Shown one piece after another: positions 24,901 through 36,486 of a stretch of 64,000 nt of DNA. The DNA lies in NCBI GenBank assembly GCA_020137815.1, contig CM035352.1, forward strand, positions 4,588,001 to 4,652,000, written 5' to 3'. Within the stretch, counting starts at the first letter, position 1. Each line of letters opens with the position of its first letter. The stretch is from Hormiphora californensis. Its lineage: Eukaryota; Animalia; Ctenophora. The notes beneath the pieces are model-generated. The model ran no database searches and had not been told where the DNA came from. It saw only the letters and a program-made list of their open reading frames with translations. The position numbers were made by a program, and so were the translations under genes.

Positions 24901-27665
24901 TAAGCAACTTTTCCAAGCCCTAAGAGGCGGGGAAATTGCCCTAATTGAGTCTGATTGGGTCTAATTGACCATAATTGCTCAATTAGGGCACTTTCTTCAC
25001 CTCTGAGGGCTTGGAAAAGTTTTTTACGTGATTCAGCGTATCAAAGTTAGTCGGAAAAGTGCCCTCACATTAACTTCTAGCGTTTCCAGGAGAAAAGTTG
25101 TAAGTCCGGTCAATTACACCCAATTATGCTCAATTAGGGCACTTTCTTCACATCTGAGCGCTTGCCAGAGTTGCTCACGTGATTCAGCGTACTAAAATTA
25201 GTCGGGTACACTGGTTTTCGCTTTTATATGAAGTAGCTTTTGAAATAGCTTTTGAAATAGCTTTTGAAATAGCTTTTGAAATGGCTTTTGAAATGGCTTT
25301 GGACGGGTGGTAGAAATGGCTCATGTGGCTCATCTGGCAGCTGCACGATCATTATGAACACAAGGACATTCATATAAAAGCGAAAACCAGTGTACCCGAC
25401 TAATTTTAGTACGCTGAATCACGTGAGCAACTCTGGCAAGCGCTCAGATGTGAAGAAAGTGCCCTAATTGAGCATAATTGGGTGTAATTGACCGGACTTA
25501 CAACTTTTCTCCTGGAAACGCTAGAAGTTAATGTGAGGGCACTTTTCCGACTAACTTTGATACGCTGAATCACGTAAAAAACTTTTCCAAGCCCTCAGAG
25601 GTGAAGAAAGTGCCCTAATTGAGCAATTATGGTCAATTAGACCCAATCAGACTCAATTAGGGCAATTTCCCCGCCTCTTAGGGCTTGGAAAAGTTGCTTA
25701 CGTGAATCAGCGTATCAAAGTTAGTCGGAAAAGTGCCCTCACATTAACTTCTAGCGTTTTCAGGAGAAAAGTTGTAAGTCCGGTCAATTACACCCAATTA
25801 TGCTCAATTAGGGCACTTTCTTCACATCTGAGCGCTTGCCAGAGTTGCTCACGTGATTCAGCGTATTAAAATTAGTCGGGTACACTGTTTTTCGCTTTTA
25901 TATGAATGTCCTTGTGTTCATAATAATCGTGCAGCTGCCAGATGAGCCACATGAGCCATTTCTACCACCCGTCCAAAGCCATTTCAAAAGCTATTTCAAA
26001 AGCTATTTCAAAAGCTATTTCAAAAGCTATTTCAAAACTATTTCAAAAGCTATTTCAAAACTATTTCAAAAGCTATTTTAAAACTAAAATTTTTCTAATT
26101 TCAAAACTAGTTTGAACTTCGAATTACATGTGATTTACAGGTTATTATGCATTTTTGCTATTAACTTGCAATTGTTCTAGGGTGAGCCATTTCTCCCACC
26201 ACAGGCGAATATGTTGGGAGATGATGTGACGTTATCTCGGGTAGCAAGAAGTGAGACAAACCACACCGCATTCCATCATCATGACGTGGACATTTGTATT
26301 GGAATTGTGTAAGTTCAGTGGTCCAAGGAGTTAATTATTTTGCTGCAACAACCTTGATTATGATATAACCAGACCCAGTCCCCACCCAGTCCACTTTAGT
26401 TGTCTTGTAATTCCTATAATGTTCCTACCAGTTACGTGTGTATTTCTGTTATTGGTAGTGGGATAAACCTCGTTGTTCTTCTGATCTTCTCTCACATGTA
26501 CAGAAAAGGCAGGAACGCCATCTTTATCCTTCAGGTTCGACAACAGCTTATAATTGAGCTCCCTAATTAGCTTAGATAATTAGCTTAGATAATTAGCCCA
26601 GATACATTGCATTCGATGTTACAGTCAACAGCTATACCTTATTTTCAGGGTGTTCTAGCATTTACTGATTTTTGTAACTGTAGCCTTTCTCTACCATACA
26701 CAGCTTATGGGTTACTTTCCGACCGAGACCCCCAGGTAACTCACATGTTTCACACCCCATGTATCACTACTGGTGGAACTTATAATATTGTGATTCATCA
26801 TCAGAAGTTATTTTAGGAGTTCCTGAATCTTGTTCAATGGAGCTCACAATTGTAACAACACACAGGTGAAGGGAATATGGAAGGATATATCAGGGTTTGT
26901 GTTTAATACGTCATCAAAAACCACAATTCTCCTCATGGCTTTAATGGCAACGTGAGTTACAAACTGCTGCACCGGGTCTACACTATATCTTTACTTGGTG
27001 GCAAACCTCCAATCTGTGACGTTTTCTCTCACTCGACACTTTAGTAACGTCTAACCACCTGTCTATATTTTCCTATCTTCAGGTACCGTTTAGCTTCAAT
27101 AGCCGCTCCAATAGTACGCAGTTCGGCTAGCACTCCTCGAATCATTCTCTGTTGTTCTTTAACAGTGTTTTTCATCTGTACAGGGATATCATGTATACCA
27201 TTGTGAGTAGTTAATCATATTTTGTACTAATTTCAGTTCCTCGTTTCTCTCTTTCACTCTCTCTTTAGTAGCACGTCATAATTCACATTATATCACCAAC
27301 TCTAATATATATTCCACTCTAATGAACATTGGCTAATTAAAAATATCGTGATAAAGGCAATATGATAATGTGCTTATTAAAATTCCAAGAACCAATAATT
27401 TACTGTGGTCTGTGAATGTCCCGGTCACCATTTCACTTTAAATGTGCTCTCATAATTAACTGTTCTTCCCTTCACAGGGTATGGGGTGAGGGTTACAAGT
27501 GGAGTGCATACGTTGGTTTTAGTGGCTGGCAGATTCATGATATTACCACTAATTTAACTTCCATACGAGTCCTGAGCTCCCTGATTATCCTAGTCTTGGC
27601 CATCATACCATGTATATTTACTATTCTGGTAAGTATCTTTCTCTCTTTTTCTCGCTGTCTATCTA

Positions 27666-27696
<31 letters not shown>

Positions 27697-29346
27697 CTTA
27701 GTTAGAGTAACGATCTTACTATACACGACCATCTGTTTCGGGGGTACAGTATATAAGTTTCCAAAACACCGGAACTCTTGCTTCAGATGATGGTACTATC
27801 GGTTGTGAAGTTGAAACAGCACACTAACGGAATGACAGTACTGACTACCAACAAAGCAGTCTCAACCTCAGATAGGGCCATTAGTACCTTGACTTACATA
27901 GTCACTTCTTATACCATCTGTTACAGCGGTACGTGCAGGGTGTATGAAATATAAGTTAGCAAGTTAGTATTTCACTAATGAATAGGTAGTGTTGAACAGC
28001 ATTTTCAGAGATTTGAGATTAACTCCTACCGTGAATGGTGATTTGTAATATACTATTTCACAGGCTGGATATGTCTCTTCTTCAACTACTACGTAACTGT
28101 GATGGGGGGCTCCCAACGGTACAATATCCTAACGTAAGTTTAGTACCATTCAGTAGATCAGTTTTAGTACCGGTCATTATTACATATTTACATGTTGTGA
28201 GTCCAAAAACGGTGAACATTTAGAAAGGGTATTATATCTTGAGATATACCCTTTCTACTTGAAGGTGACGATATTTACATGTTGTATCGGACATCTCCCA
28301 CTGGAAAGAAGATGATCTGAGAATGTCTTTCATTTTCCCTGTCCGGGTGAAGGCTAACTAACGATACACTCCTGTTGTTAGGTATATGCCACTCATGGGT
28401 GATGTCTACCTGTTCACCTTCTCCCTGGTCCTGGTGAACGCTAATGCTCTAATCAATCCCCTACTCACTCTAGTCAGAGGCCAGGTAGGAATGGGATAAC
28501 TATTGTTATACACTTGCTAGTTTGCTACCCCATGAAAATCCCTTGTATCTTGATATTGGAGTAATAAAGTACACTGCTGACTGCAGCAGCCGAATTTACT
28601 AATAAATGTACAGGGTGCCAAAGAAACATTGACCTTGCTAGTGAGAGACAAAGGGAGCAGAAAGGCAGTCACCAATATGTCTGTTAACTACAATGCGAGG
28701 AGCAGACTTCTTAGAGAGCATCAACGTGTTACCCAGACAAGCTTGGTAATACACACAATCATTGTCTCACATTGCCCTCTCCAAACCGTGTGCAAAGATA
28801 CAGTCATGTCATGGTTATGATATTGACCCAATCACGAGATTCAAGAATTCTTGGCTCTCGATTATATATCTTTTACCTAACCAATTACATTTGCAGGCAG
28901 TGAAGCGTCAAACTACAATAACTGAAATTGTTGTCCCCTCACAATTGGAGCGACATCTAAAACCAAGTTATGCACCTATCGTCCGCTACACCATCAACCA
29001 CCCCTGTTTATTTCAACGAGCTACTGACCCAACCAGCTCCAGTGAGACTCAGGAATCAGTAGTAACTGAGACCTAAACTCTTTTTATCAGACTGACTTGT
29101 AGCGTGGAACAGTATTCACTGAGACTCAATTTTCATCAGACTCCGAGGCCCCGACAACAACACAGTGTTTTTTCAATCTCGTTATTATAATCCAAGCTGT
29201 AGTGGAGATGTTTTTGTTTTTCAGGACACCTTCACCACTGTGCCAAGTCACGTGGTTGGTCATGTGGTGAACGGAGGAATTAGGGCACTCCAGTCAAGCA
29301 ACGTGGGGGTCTATCGATTGCACGACGCTTCATCGAAAGAGAGAGG

Positions 29347-29413
<67 letters not shown>

Positions 29414-30880
29414 AGAGAGGGGGAGAGAGAGAGTTAGAGAGATTGAGATTGAGAGTGCTCCCTCTTTAGCTTTATCGACATGGTTTTTCCGCTCTGTTAC
29501 TGTAACAATTACCGAAATGAAGCAGCAAGCTGGTGTTTGAAGATCTCGAAATGGAGTTTGCGAATAAACATCACAACCGCGACCTGGATCAGAGATATCT
29601 TTTAACGGTACACACCTTGCAATCCTTAAAACTATCCATTTTCACTGTCCGGACTAAGCCATCCAAGCAAAGCCCTGAGTGGTTTTAATATATATCTACA
29701 ATTAATGTGAAACTAAAGAACTGCAATAACGCAGCAATATTGAGTGAGAAAGTCAATTATTTGTTGTATGCACTGTTTTTTCTATTTTCCAATTAAATAT
29801 TATATTAGATTCATAACATTTACTGTAAAGAACTGTGTACCACACAACTCATATATGCATATTATTATTTGGTCGGTTATTTGGTCGGTTATGTATGGGG
29901 CTGGGAAAAGAGATCTTGAATGGAAATTATAACAAACTACCTCTGAATCTATTGCTATCTGGTAGTGTAAGTTATACCTCTGGTGTAATCGTGTTGTGGT
30001 GTTGCAGAAAGATATTTCTCCATAGTGAGTCGGTTAAACAGCACCTTCTGAAAGCTTTGGAACAGTGGGCCATTGCAATAACGTCCTGAAGGAAGGAGGG
30101 GTGTTAGCATGAGTAGGCCCTTATATGGGCATCACGTGCAGAATAATGGGCCATTAAAATGGCACACTGTTTATCACGAGGTTCATAAAAACATTCCAAC
30201 TGTGAAATTCGTGTTCGGACAACTTGAATTAGCATTTCAATATGGGTTTTAACATTCCAAGTTTGACCGTCAGGATCAATGATGACGATTATTGCAAGCA
30301 AAATAAGATCATTCTTATCCGACATCCTTGAACAATTCCCTCGTCACCTCACATCATCTTCTGAATTCTAACACCACTCACCTCAAGTGTCAAATAAGAC
30401 GCAATCTTGACAAGAAGTTTTTGGGGGAGTTTGCTCAAGAAATCGTTACTCCGTGTTGATAAATGCACGACTTGATCCTTGACATCGCGACCAAATGTTC
30501 GCTCAATTTCGCCCTGCAGTCGTTCATCGTGTTCAACGTCTTCCCTGTCTACTGCCCACTCTCCTGGGTACACAACTGCTGAGCGACGCAGGGAAATTCT
30601 CCACCACCTATAATAAATTGCTTTCAATATCACATCAACAGACTACTCTAACCCTCCTTTACACAGTTTGGGGGCTTGGTGAGAGGATCGAGCAACGCAA
30701 GGAGGCTCATGGTAAATCAGTTTCCAACCTCCAAAGGACTCCCTCGGTAGTTACAAGAAGTTGACAATAATCCTTGCTGGGGGCAGGCGCTTGTCCTGTC
30801 TTCTCAAATAATACCCAGGCATCGGCAATAAACCGACGTCTTTTCTTTTCTTCTTTTCGCTGCTGTGGAGTCTGTTCCAT
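21945..30880 (-). CDS. FBXO36: F-box only protein 36, 5 exons with a 7.4-kb third intron
   Basis: Exons 30729-30880 (LFEKTGQAPAPSKDYCQLLVT), 30382-30607 (WWRISLR...F-box LSKLPQKLLVKIASYL), 29978-30085 (DSLWRNIF), 22433-22561 (LAAEHSWRKIFFTDKLRLQ) and 21945-22010. All phases are compatible and the protein is colinear with FBXO36 as I know it. Confidence 0.9.
24382..26203. mobile_element. 1.8-kb foldback DNA transposon with internal inverted duplication, in the GPCR 5'UTR
   Basis: TGTGGTGGGAGAAATGGCTCACC...GGTGAGCCATTTCTCCCACCACA; 6-bp TSD GGCGAA; (TTTTGAAATAGC)n subterminal arrays; 25375-25910 is the reverse complement of 24695-25230. Confidence 0.88.
26211..29076 (+). CDS. Orphan rhodopsin-class (class A) GPCR, ~11 exons, nested antisense in the FBXO36 intron
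   Basis: Spliced product: N-terminus with NHT sequon; TM1 ICIGIVYVCISVIGSGINLVVL (26211-26308, 26432-26534); TM2 LAFTD (26649-26735); TM3 ending ATYRL; TM4 ..ISCIPL; TM5 LIILVLAIIPCIF; TM6 LTYIVTSYTICY; TM7 NANALINPLL (28382-28484); C-tail to TAA at 29076. Confidence 0.85.
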
Positions 30881-31096
30881 ACCTTAAGAATTCCATATAT
30901 ATCATACATATTTTCAAAACACATTTTTCAAAAGTTAACAGGACGAGGACGGATACAGCCGTCTGGCGTCTGAACAAGCCGAGTCTTGTAATTTAAAAAA
31001 ATGCCAAATGGTAAATGTCAATTTTGCATTTAGATACCACTCAATAGCGAAAAGATAAAAGATTCACAGAAAAAAGGTGCCAACGGTCAACGCACT

Positions 31097-34000
31097 CTAG
31101 CTTTGTAACTTTGTAACTTTGTAATAGAATTCATATATCAACATATAATGGTGTCAGTCCAATCGAACATCCCCCGCACAAACAGTCCCACGGGACCATT
31201 CCAGAATTGAATTGTTGTTTTGACGGCTGTATCCGGAGACAGGTGGTCTATCCGGAAAACGTTTCATCCACTCCCCGAGAAGAACCTTGAAATTCTCTAG
31301 CCTTTTTGCTGAATTCACCGTCTTTGGCAGAGTGTTCCATAGCCTTGTTGCCCGCCCAGCGAACGAGTTTGATTGCTTTGTTGCTATCGAGGTTTGTGTA
31401 CTCGTGGGTGAGGTAGGAATTTCAGCTCTGATCCCGAGACGGTCGGATGAGTAGAATCGGATCCCTATATTATTAGGAGCTTCATCATTAGCCATTTTCC
31501 ACATAAGGATTATGGAGTACCGTTCACGGCGACGCTGCAGTGATTGCAGATGTAGTTTTTCCAACCGTTCCCAGTAGGTAAACTCGTTTAGTCCCTGGAT
31601 TTTTCTGGTGAACTTTCTTTGTACATTTTCAAGTGCTTGGATGTCTGAAATTTTAGGCGAGTCCCAGAGTGCACAACAGTATTCGAGTTTACTCCGTATG
31701 AGCGTTTTGTACAAGATGAGCATTGTTTTCCTGTCACGAGTTTTGAAAGCACGCAATGCCCAACCACTCATTTTTCTTGCTTCCTCTGCCATTTTCCCCA
31801 CTTGTTTATCCCAGGATAAATCATTGGAAATCATGACTCCAAGATCACGTACACATCGTTTTGGGATTATCTCCAGACCCTCTGGTGTATGGTAGGTCTT
31901 CAGATCCGTGACGAAAGGTAACTGTTGTAGGAGGGAGGTTTGGTTCAAACAGTAATGCAAAACCTCGAACTTTTCTTCGTTTAAGGCCATGTTATTGATT
32001 TTTGACCAGTTTCCCACTTCCAGGAGATCTCTTTGCAACTCTTGGTGAGATGTTTCTGACGCAATCCCTTTTATCAGCTTTGTATCATCAGCCAATGTTT
32101 TAGTAACCGAGAATCTGACGGCACTGTTTAGATCAGCAACGTAGACAATGAACAGGATCGGACCAAGAACTGTTCCTTGTGGGACTCCACTCAGCACTTT
32201 TTCCCAGGATGATTTTGCTCCGTCAACTACCACTGTTTGAAAACGGTCAGATACCCAGTGTCAACTTATTTCGAAAGGCATTAGACTCTGAAAATTTCTT
32301 TAAAAAGGCATTATTTTCTAACTAAAAAGTGTTAGCAATATTAGATAGTACATAGAAGACATTAGTTAACAGTTAATTCGTTTATTCGGGCATCTGTTTA
32401 AATAATGCCTAATAATGCCATCTTGAGACTCGGTTGAAATTTGTCAATTTTGCATGAATTTAGTGCTTGGAATGATTTTATAGAGCCCCAGGGAACCATT
32501 CCCTATCATTTTGAATCAAAATCTGGCGAATTTTGAAGAAAAATTTTTTTAATAATTTAATTTTTTAATTAAGTTAATTATAAAATACGTTAATTGTTCT
32601 AATTTGTGACATATTAACTCTCCCTATTTTATTTTATATGACCCTTTTAATGCTTGTCTATCTCGTAGAATCGTTTTCTAAGCTAAAAAAACAGTTATGA
32701 GTGATAAACTTAGGAGGGCATTATTTGGATTCTGGAGTCCCAATAATGCCCCCAGAGTCCCAATAATGCCCCAGAGTCCCTCAGAGTCCCAATTAACACG
32801 CAAAAATAATGCCTTAGAATCTCAGAATCCCATGAAATCTGATACCTATCATACTACCTTATTAGCACGAGCTAATTAGAGGGAGAGAGAGGAAAAGAGA
32901 AAGAGAGAGTGGGTGAGAGAGAGGGAGAGTGAGGGAGAGACAGAGAGAAAGACAGAGAGAGAGGGAGAGAGAGATAGAGATAGACAGAGAGAAAAGAGAG
33001 AAGAATAGAGGAGAGAGGGAGAGAGTGAGGGGAGAAACAGCTGTATAATTTCTTGTTTTGGGTTCACATTACACTGTAATTTACAGACAAATGTGTTTGA
33101 TTGGGGAACTAGGCTTGGCATTATTTTGGCATTATTTTGGCATTATTTTCTCTAAAAGCATTGGAAATTAGATTCGCATATTCGTGGTTTTTTGACACTG
33201 GGGTCAGATAAGAAGCATTTTATCCAGTTGAGTACTTTTCCTTTGACTCCGTAAGCTTCTAGTTTTGCGAGAAGAAGTTTTATATCTACCCGATCAAAAG
33301 CCTTAGAGTAATCAAGGTATAGGACATCTACCTCATTACCTCTTTGGAGTTCCTCAATAATAGCGTCAACGTGTTCTATCAGCTGGGTAAGGCAACTTCT
33401 CTTCTTCCGGAACCCATGTTGAGTTTCTGGGAAGACATTGTTTTCTTCCAGAAATTGCACTATCTGGTTTCTCATCACTCTTTCAAAGGTTTTGATTATG
33501 TTGGAAGTTAGAGATACCGGGCGGTAGTTTGCAGGATTCGTCCTGTCCCCTTTTTTGAAGAGCGGTACTATATGTTGGTTTTTTAGTGTTGCAGGGATAG
33601 TTCCTCCATCAAGTGACCGCCTCCATAGTAGCCAAAGCGGATAGGATAACTGAGCTCTACACTCGTACAAAATCCGAGCAGGTATGTCACCATCAGGAGC
33701 AGCTCCATACGGGTTTATTTCGCCAAGTGCTTTTTTCACATCTTCTGGTGTGAATTCGAAGTCCTCAAGGGTAGAGCTCGAATCATGCTTGATATATGCC
33801 TGGCTGGCTTCCATATTCGCATCTTCAGGATTACTAAAAACTCGTAGATACTGTTGTTGTAGTATTTGTGCCTTTTCACCACTCTGTGTTTGTAGTTCAC
33901 CGTCTGTTCCCCTGAGAGGTGCTATGGTAGTTTTCGTTTTTGATAGCTTCTTTGCATATGAGAAGAAGTAGCGAGGATTCTCCTTTATAGCATCCACTGC

Positions 34001-35123
34001 TTTAACTTCACCTTTGGCTTGATGTTCTATCAGCGTGGTCTTCATTCGGTCCTCAATTGATACAAGCTCCTCACACAGTGCAACCCTCTGCTCAAAGCTT
34101 ATCTCCTTGTCATCATTCTGTAGGCGTGTTCTTATTTTTCTCGCTCTTCTTTTGAACTTCTCCTTGATCTTTGTCTCGCTCGCCTTACAACAATCTTTCT
34201 TCACAGGTAGGGTCTCCTCTGCAATCTCCAGTACTACCTGAAGTAAACCATCTTTAAACTTTTCGCCCGTTGTATCTCCAGCTTCAATGCTCATCTTTTC
34301 GAGCTTGTCCCAGTCAATCTCACAAAGCCTGGTTTTCATTGGCAAGTAATCAGATCGGTGAATCCTGTATCTTCGAAAAGGATCTGCTTCTTCTTTAACT
34401 TGGACTTTCGGTTGTACAGGATTGTAGACAAGTTCGCATTCTACAACTTTGTGGTCCGATATTTTGGTTTCGGCAGTTACCACTCGAGTGAAATACTCCG
34501 GAGTGTTGGTTAACACAATATCAAGGATGTTTTCTCCCCGGGTTGCATTATCGTTCATCTGGGTAAGGAAATTTTCGTTTATCAGGTCCAGTGTTTTGTG
34601 GTAAGGCCCCTCAACCTTTCCAGTTGATTCAGAAAATCGCATCGTTTCCCAATCCATGTTAGGGAGGTTAAAATCACCCATCAGGATGACCTCTGGTACT
34701 TGCTTTCTTTCTTCAGTAATAGAGTCAATTTCAATCTGTAGATGATTTATCGCATAAGAGAAGGAGCTGTGTGCTGCATCGGGGGGCCAGTACTGCAGGC
34801 AGGCCATAAGTAAGTTTTGCTCTTCTGCGTATGCCACTGCTACACTGGTTTGGTTGTCACTCCATGATGACTCTTTCGTAATCGTCACAGCTTCATTGAA
34901 ATAAAGGATACAGCCTCCACCTACTTTTATTTTTCTATCTGATCTGACAAAGTTATAACCAGGCACAGATATCTGAGCATTGGAGATATACGATTTCAGC
35001 CAGGTTTCTGTTATTCCAACTGCGACGGTGGGCGGTTCCCCTGGGGACGGGGACATAAACATCTCACGGATGTAAGGTAGCTTCCATTTTGTTTCACCGC
35101 CTGCAGCTGGGGAAATAGCTCTC
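31097..35123 (-). mobile_element. CR1/L2-group non-LTR retrotransposon (APE + RT ORF2), 5'-truncated, split by a DNA transposon
   Basis: APE motifs ITETWL, GDFN, SDH; RT motifs QHGFR, LDYSKAFD, GVPQGTVLGP, LADD, DLGV. 3' tail of 8-bp tandem repeats (GTTACAAA)n at ~31100-31124. The ORF becomes continuous (FLSD|RFQTVVV) when 32254-33202 plus one TSD copy is removed. Confidence 0.93.
32254..33202. mobile_element. Non-autonomous DNA transposon (hAT/P-like) inserted in the LINE RT
   Basis: TIR CCCAGTGTCAA...TTGACACTGGG; 8-bp TSD GTCAGATA (32246-32253 / 33203-33210); repeated GGCATTA(TT) subterminal motifs. Confidence 0.85.
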
Positions 35124-35508
35124 TGATAATCGCTTAAAGCGCTTTCTCAAGTGGATCTGAAGTGGTAAATGGGTACCTTGATAACTCTTATCAGACAAAT
35201 AACAGCACCAAAAAACTCCATGTTCTAAATTCGTCTGCTGATCCCATCAAGACTCAAAATAAACTTTCCGAGAGCAGCGAAAATCGGGAAAACTGAAAAG
35301 AATAGAAAATTCGAGAAAAAAATCGACAAAACGATTTTTCAAGTTGACATGTCATATTTTTTATACGCGCAATGACAAAAGTTTGTGCGCGTCGTAAATT
35401 TTGGATTTGCGCGTTAGCCAGATTTTAACGCGCACCACCCGATTGCAAACCAAATTGACTTTTTTTGCAACGCAGAAGTTTTAAAATTGTCTGAGTTGAA
35501 AAGCGCTA

Positions 35509-35659
35509 AAGTCGGATTTTTTGAAACTGTCACCCCCCTTTTCGTGCGCGGAATGTTTTTGCGCGTCACATCACATGTTAACGTGTGGTGTGCGCGTCAA
35601 AATTGATAAATTTCACATGCGCGGTCGTTTTGGGGTGACAGTTTCAAAAAATCCGACTT
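35509..35659. mobile_element. Small TA-TSD MITE
   Basis: TIR AAGTCGGATTTTTTGAAACTGTCACCCC; interrupts a motif (AAAAGCGCTnCCTTATCC) that is intact at 35715 and 35783. Confidence 0.65.
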
Positions 35660-36486
35660 TACCTTATCCCACACCTTTGTCGGGGGCCAGCGTTCGCCAA
35701 GGAGTCCCTTTTGAAAAGCGCTGCCTTATCCCGCACTATCGGGGGCCAGCAGCGTTTGCCAAGGAGTCCCTTAAAAAGTTTAAAAGCACTGCCTTATCCA
35801 ACTAGAAAAGGGTAGGCGGTAAATGTTTACAAGATCTGAGATAATACGTACGTGCAAAACGTTTTTGTCCATAACTCAGCCATTTCTTGACTACAATTAT
35901 AGTGAATAGGGTCTGTAGTATATGCCAAAGGAGTCCCAAATCGCGCATTTCTAAGCTGTCTGAACAGTGAACTAATCGCAGTTCACTGGTTATCATTTAT
36001 ATCGACATTCCAATCGCTGGGCGTTTGTAATTACCTGACTCAGATGGCGGCAGGCGGATCGAATCCTTAAAAATGGATGCCAATTAATATCGTTTCATTG
36101 GTATGGTAATCAATTTTTTATTCTACCATATCTAATAGAGATAAAGGGCTTGAAGGCCGACTAAAAACCATAGATCTATGGTTTTTAGTCTACCCTTCAA
36201 GCCCCTTCTTGTCAGGGGAAAGAGGGCTTGTGACTTGCACCTCAAGAAACCCAATTTGTAATCAGATCTGTTTATCGTCCACAGTCCATACGACAGAGAA
36301 AAACGCGTGTAGAAATACGCTTACAGTGAGAGACATTAAACTCTATCATTCTCTCTGTACTTCTCTTATACGGTTGCGGGCTGTGGTTTTCAAACACGTG
36401 GCTCCTAATTCTGGAGCTTTTGTACCTCTGTGTATGTGTGTGTATCTTTATTTCCCACCACGTGCAGATCTCTGTTCTTACAAAAT

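Noticed and set aside
26211-29076. Opsin
   Set aside because: No retinal-binding lysine in TM7 and no NPxxY.
35124-36000. 5' continuation (ORF1/UTR) of the LINE
   Set aside because: No open frame or LINE motifs; AT-rich DNA-transposon-like sequence whose ends I could not define.
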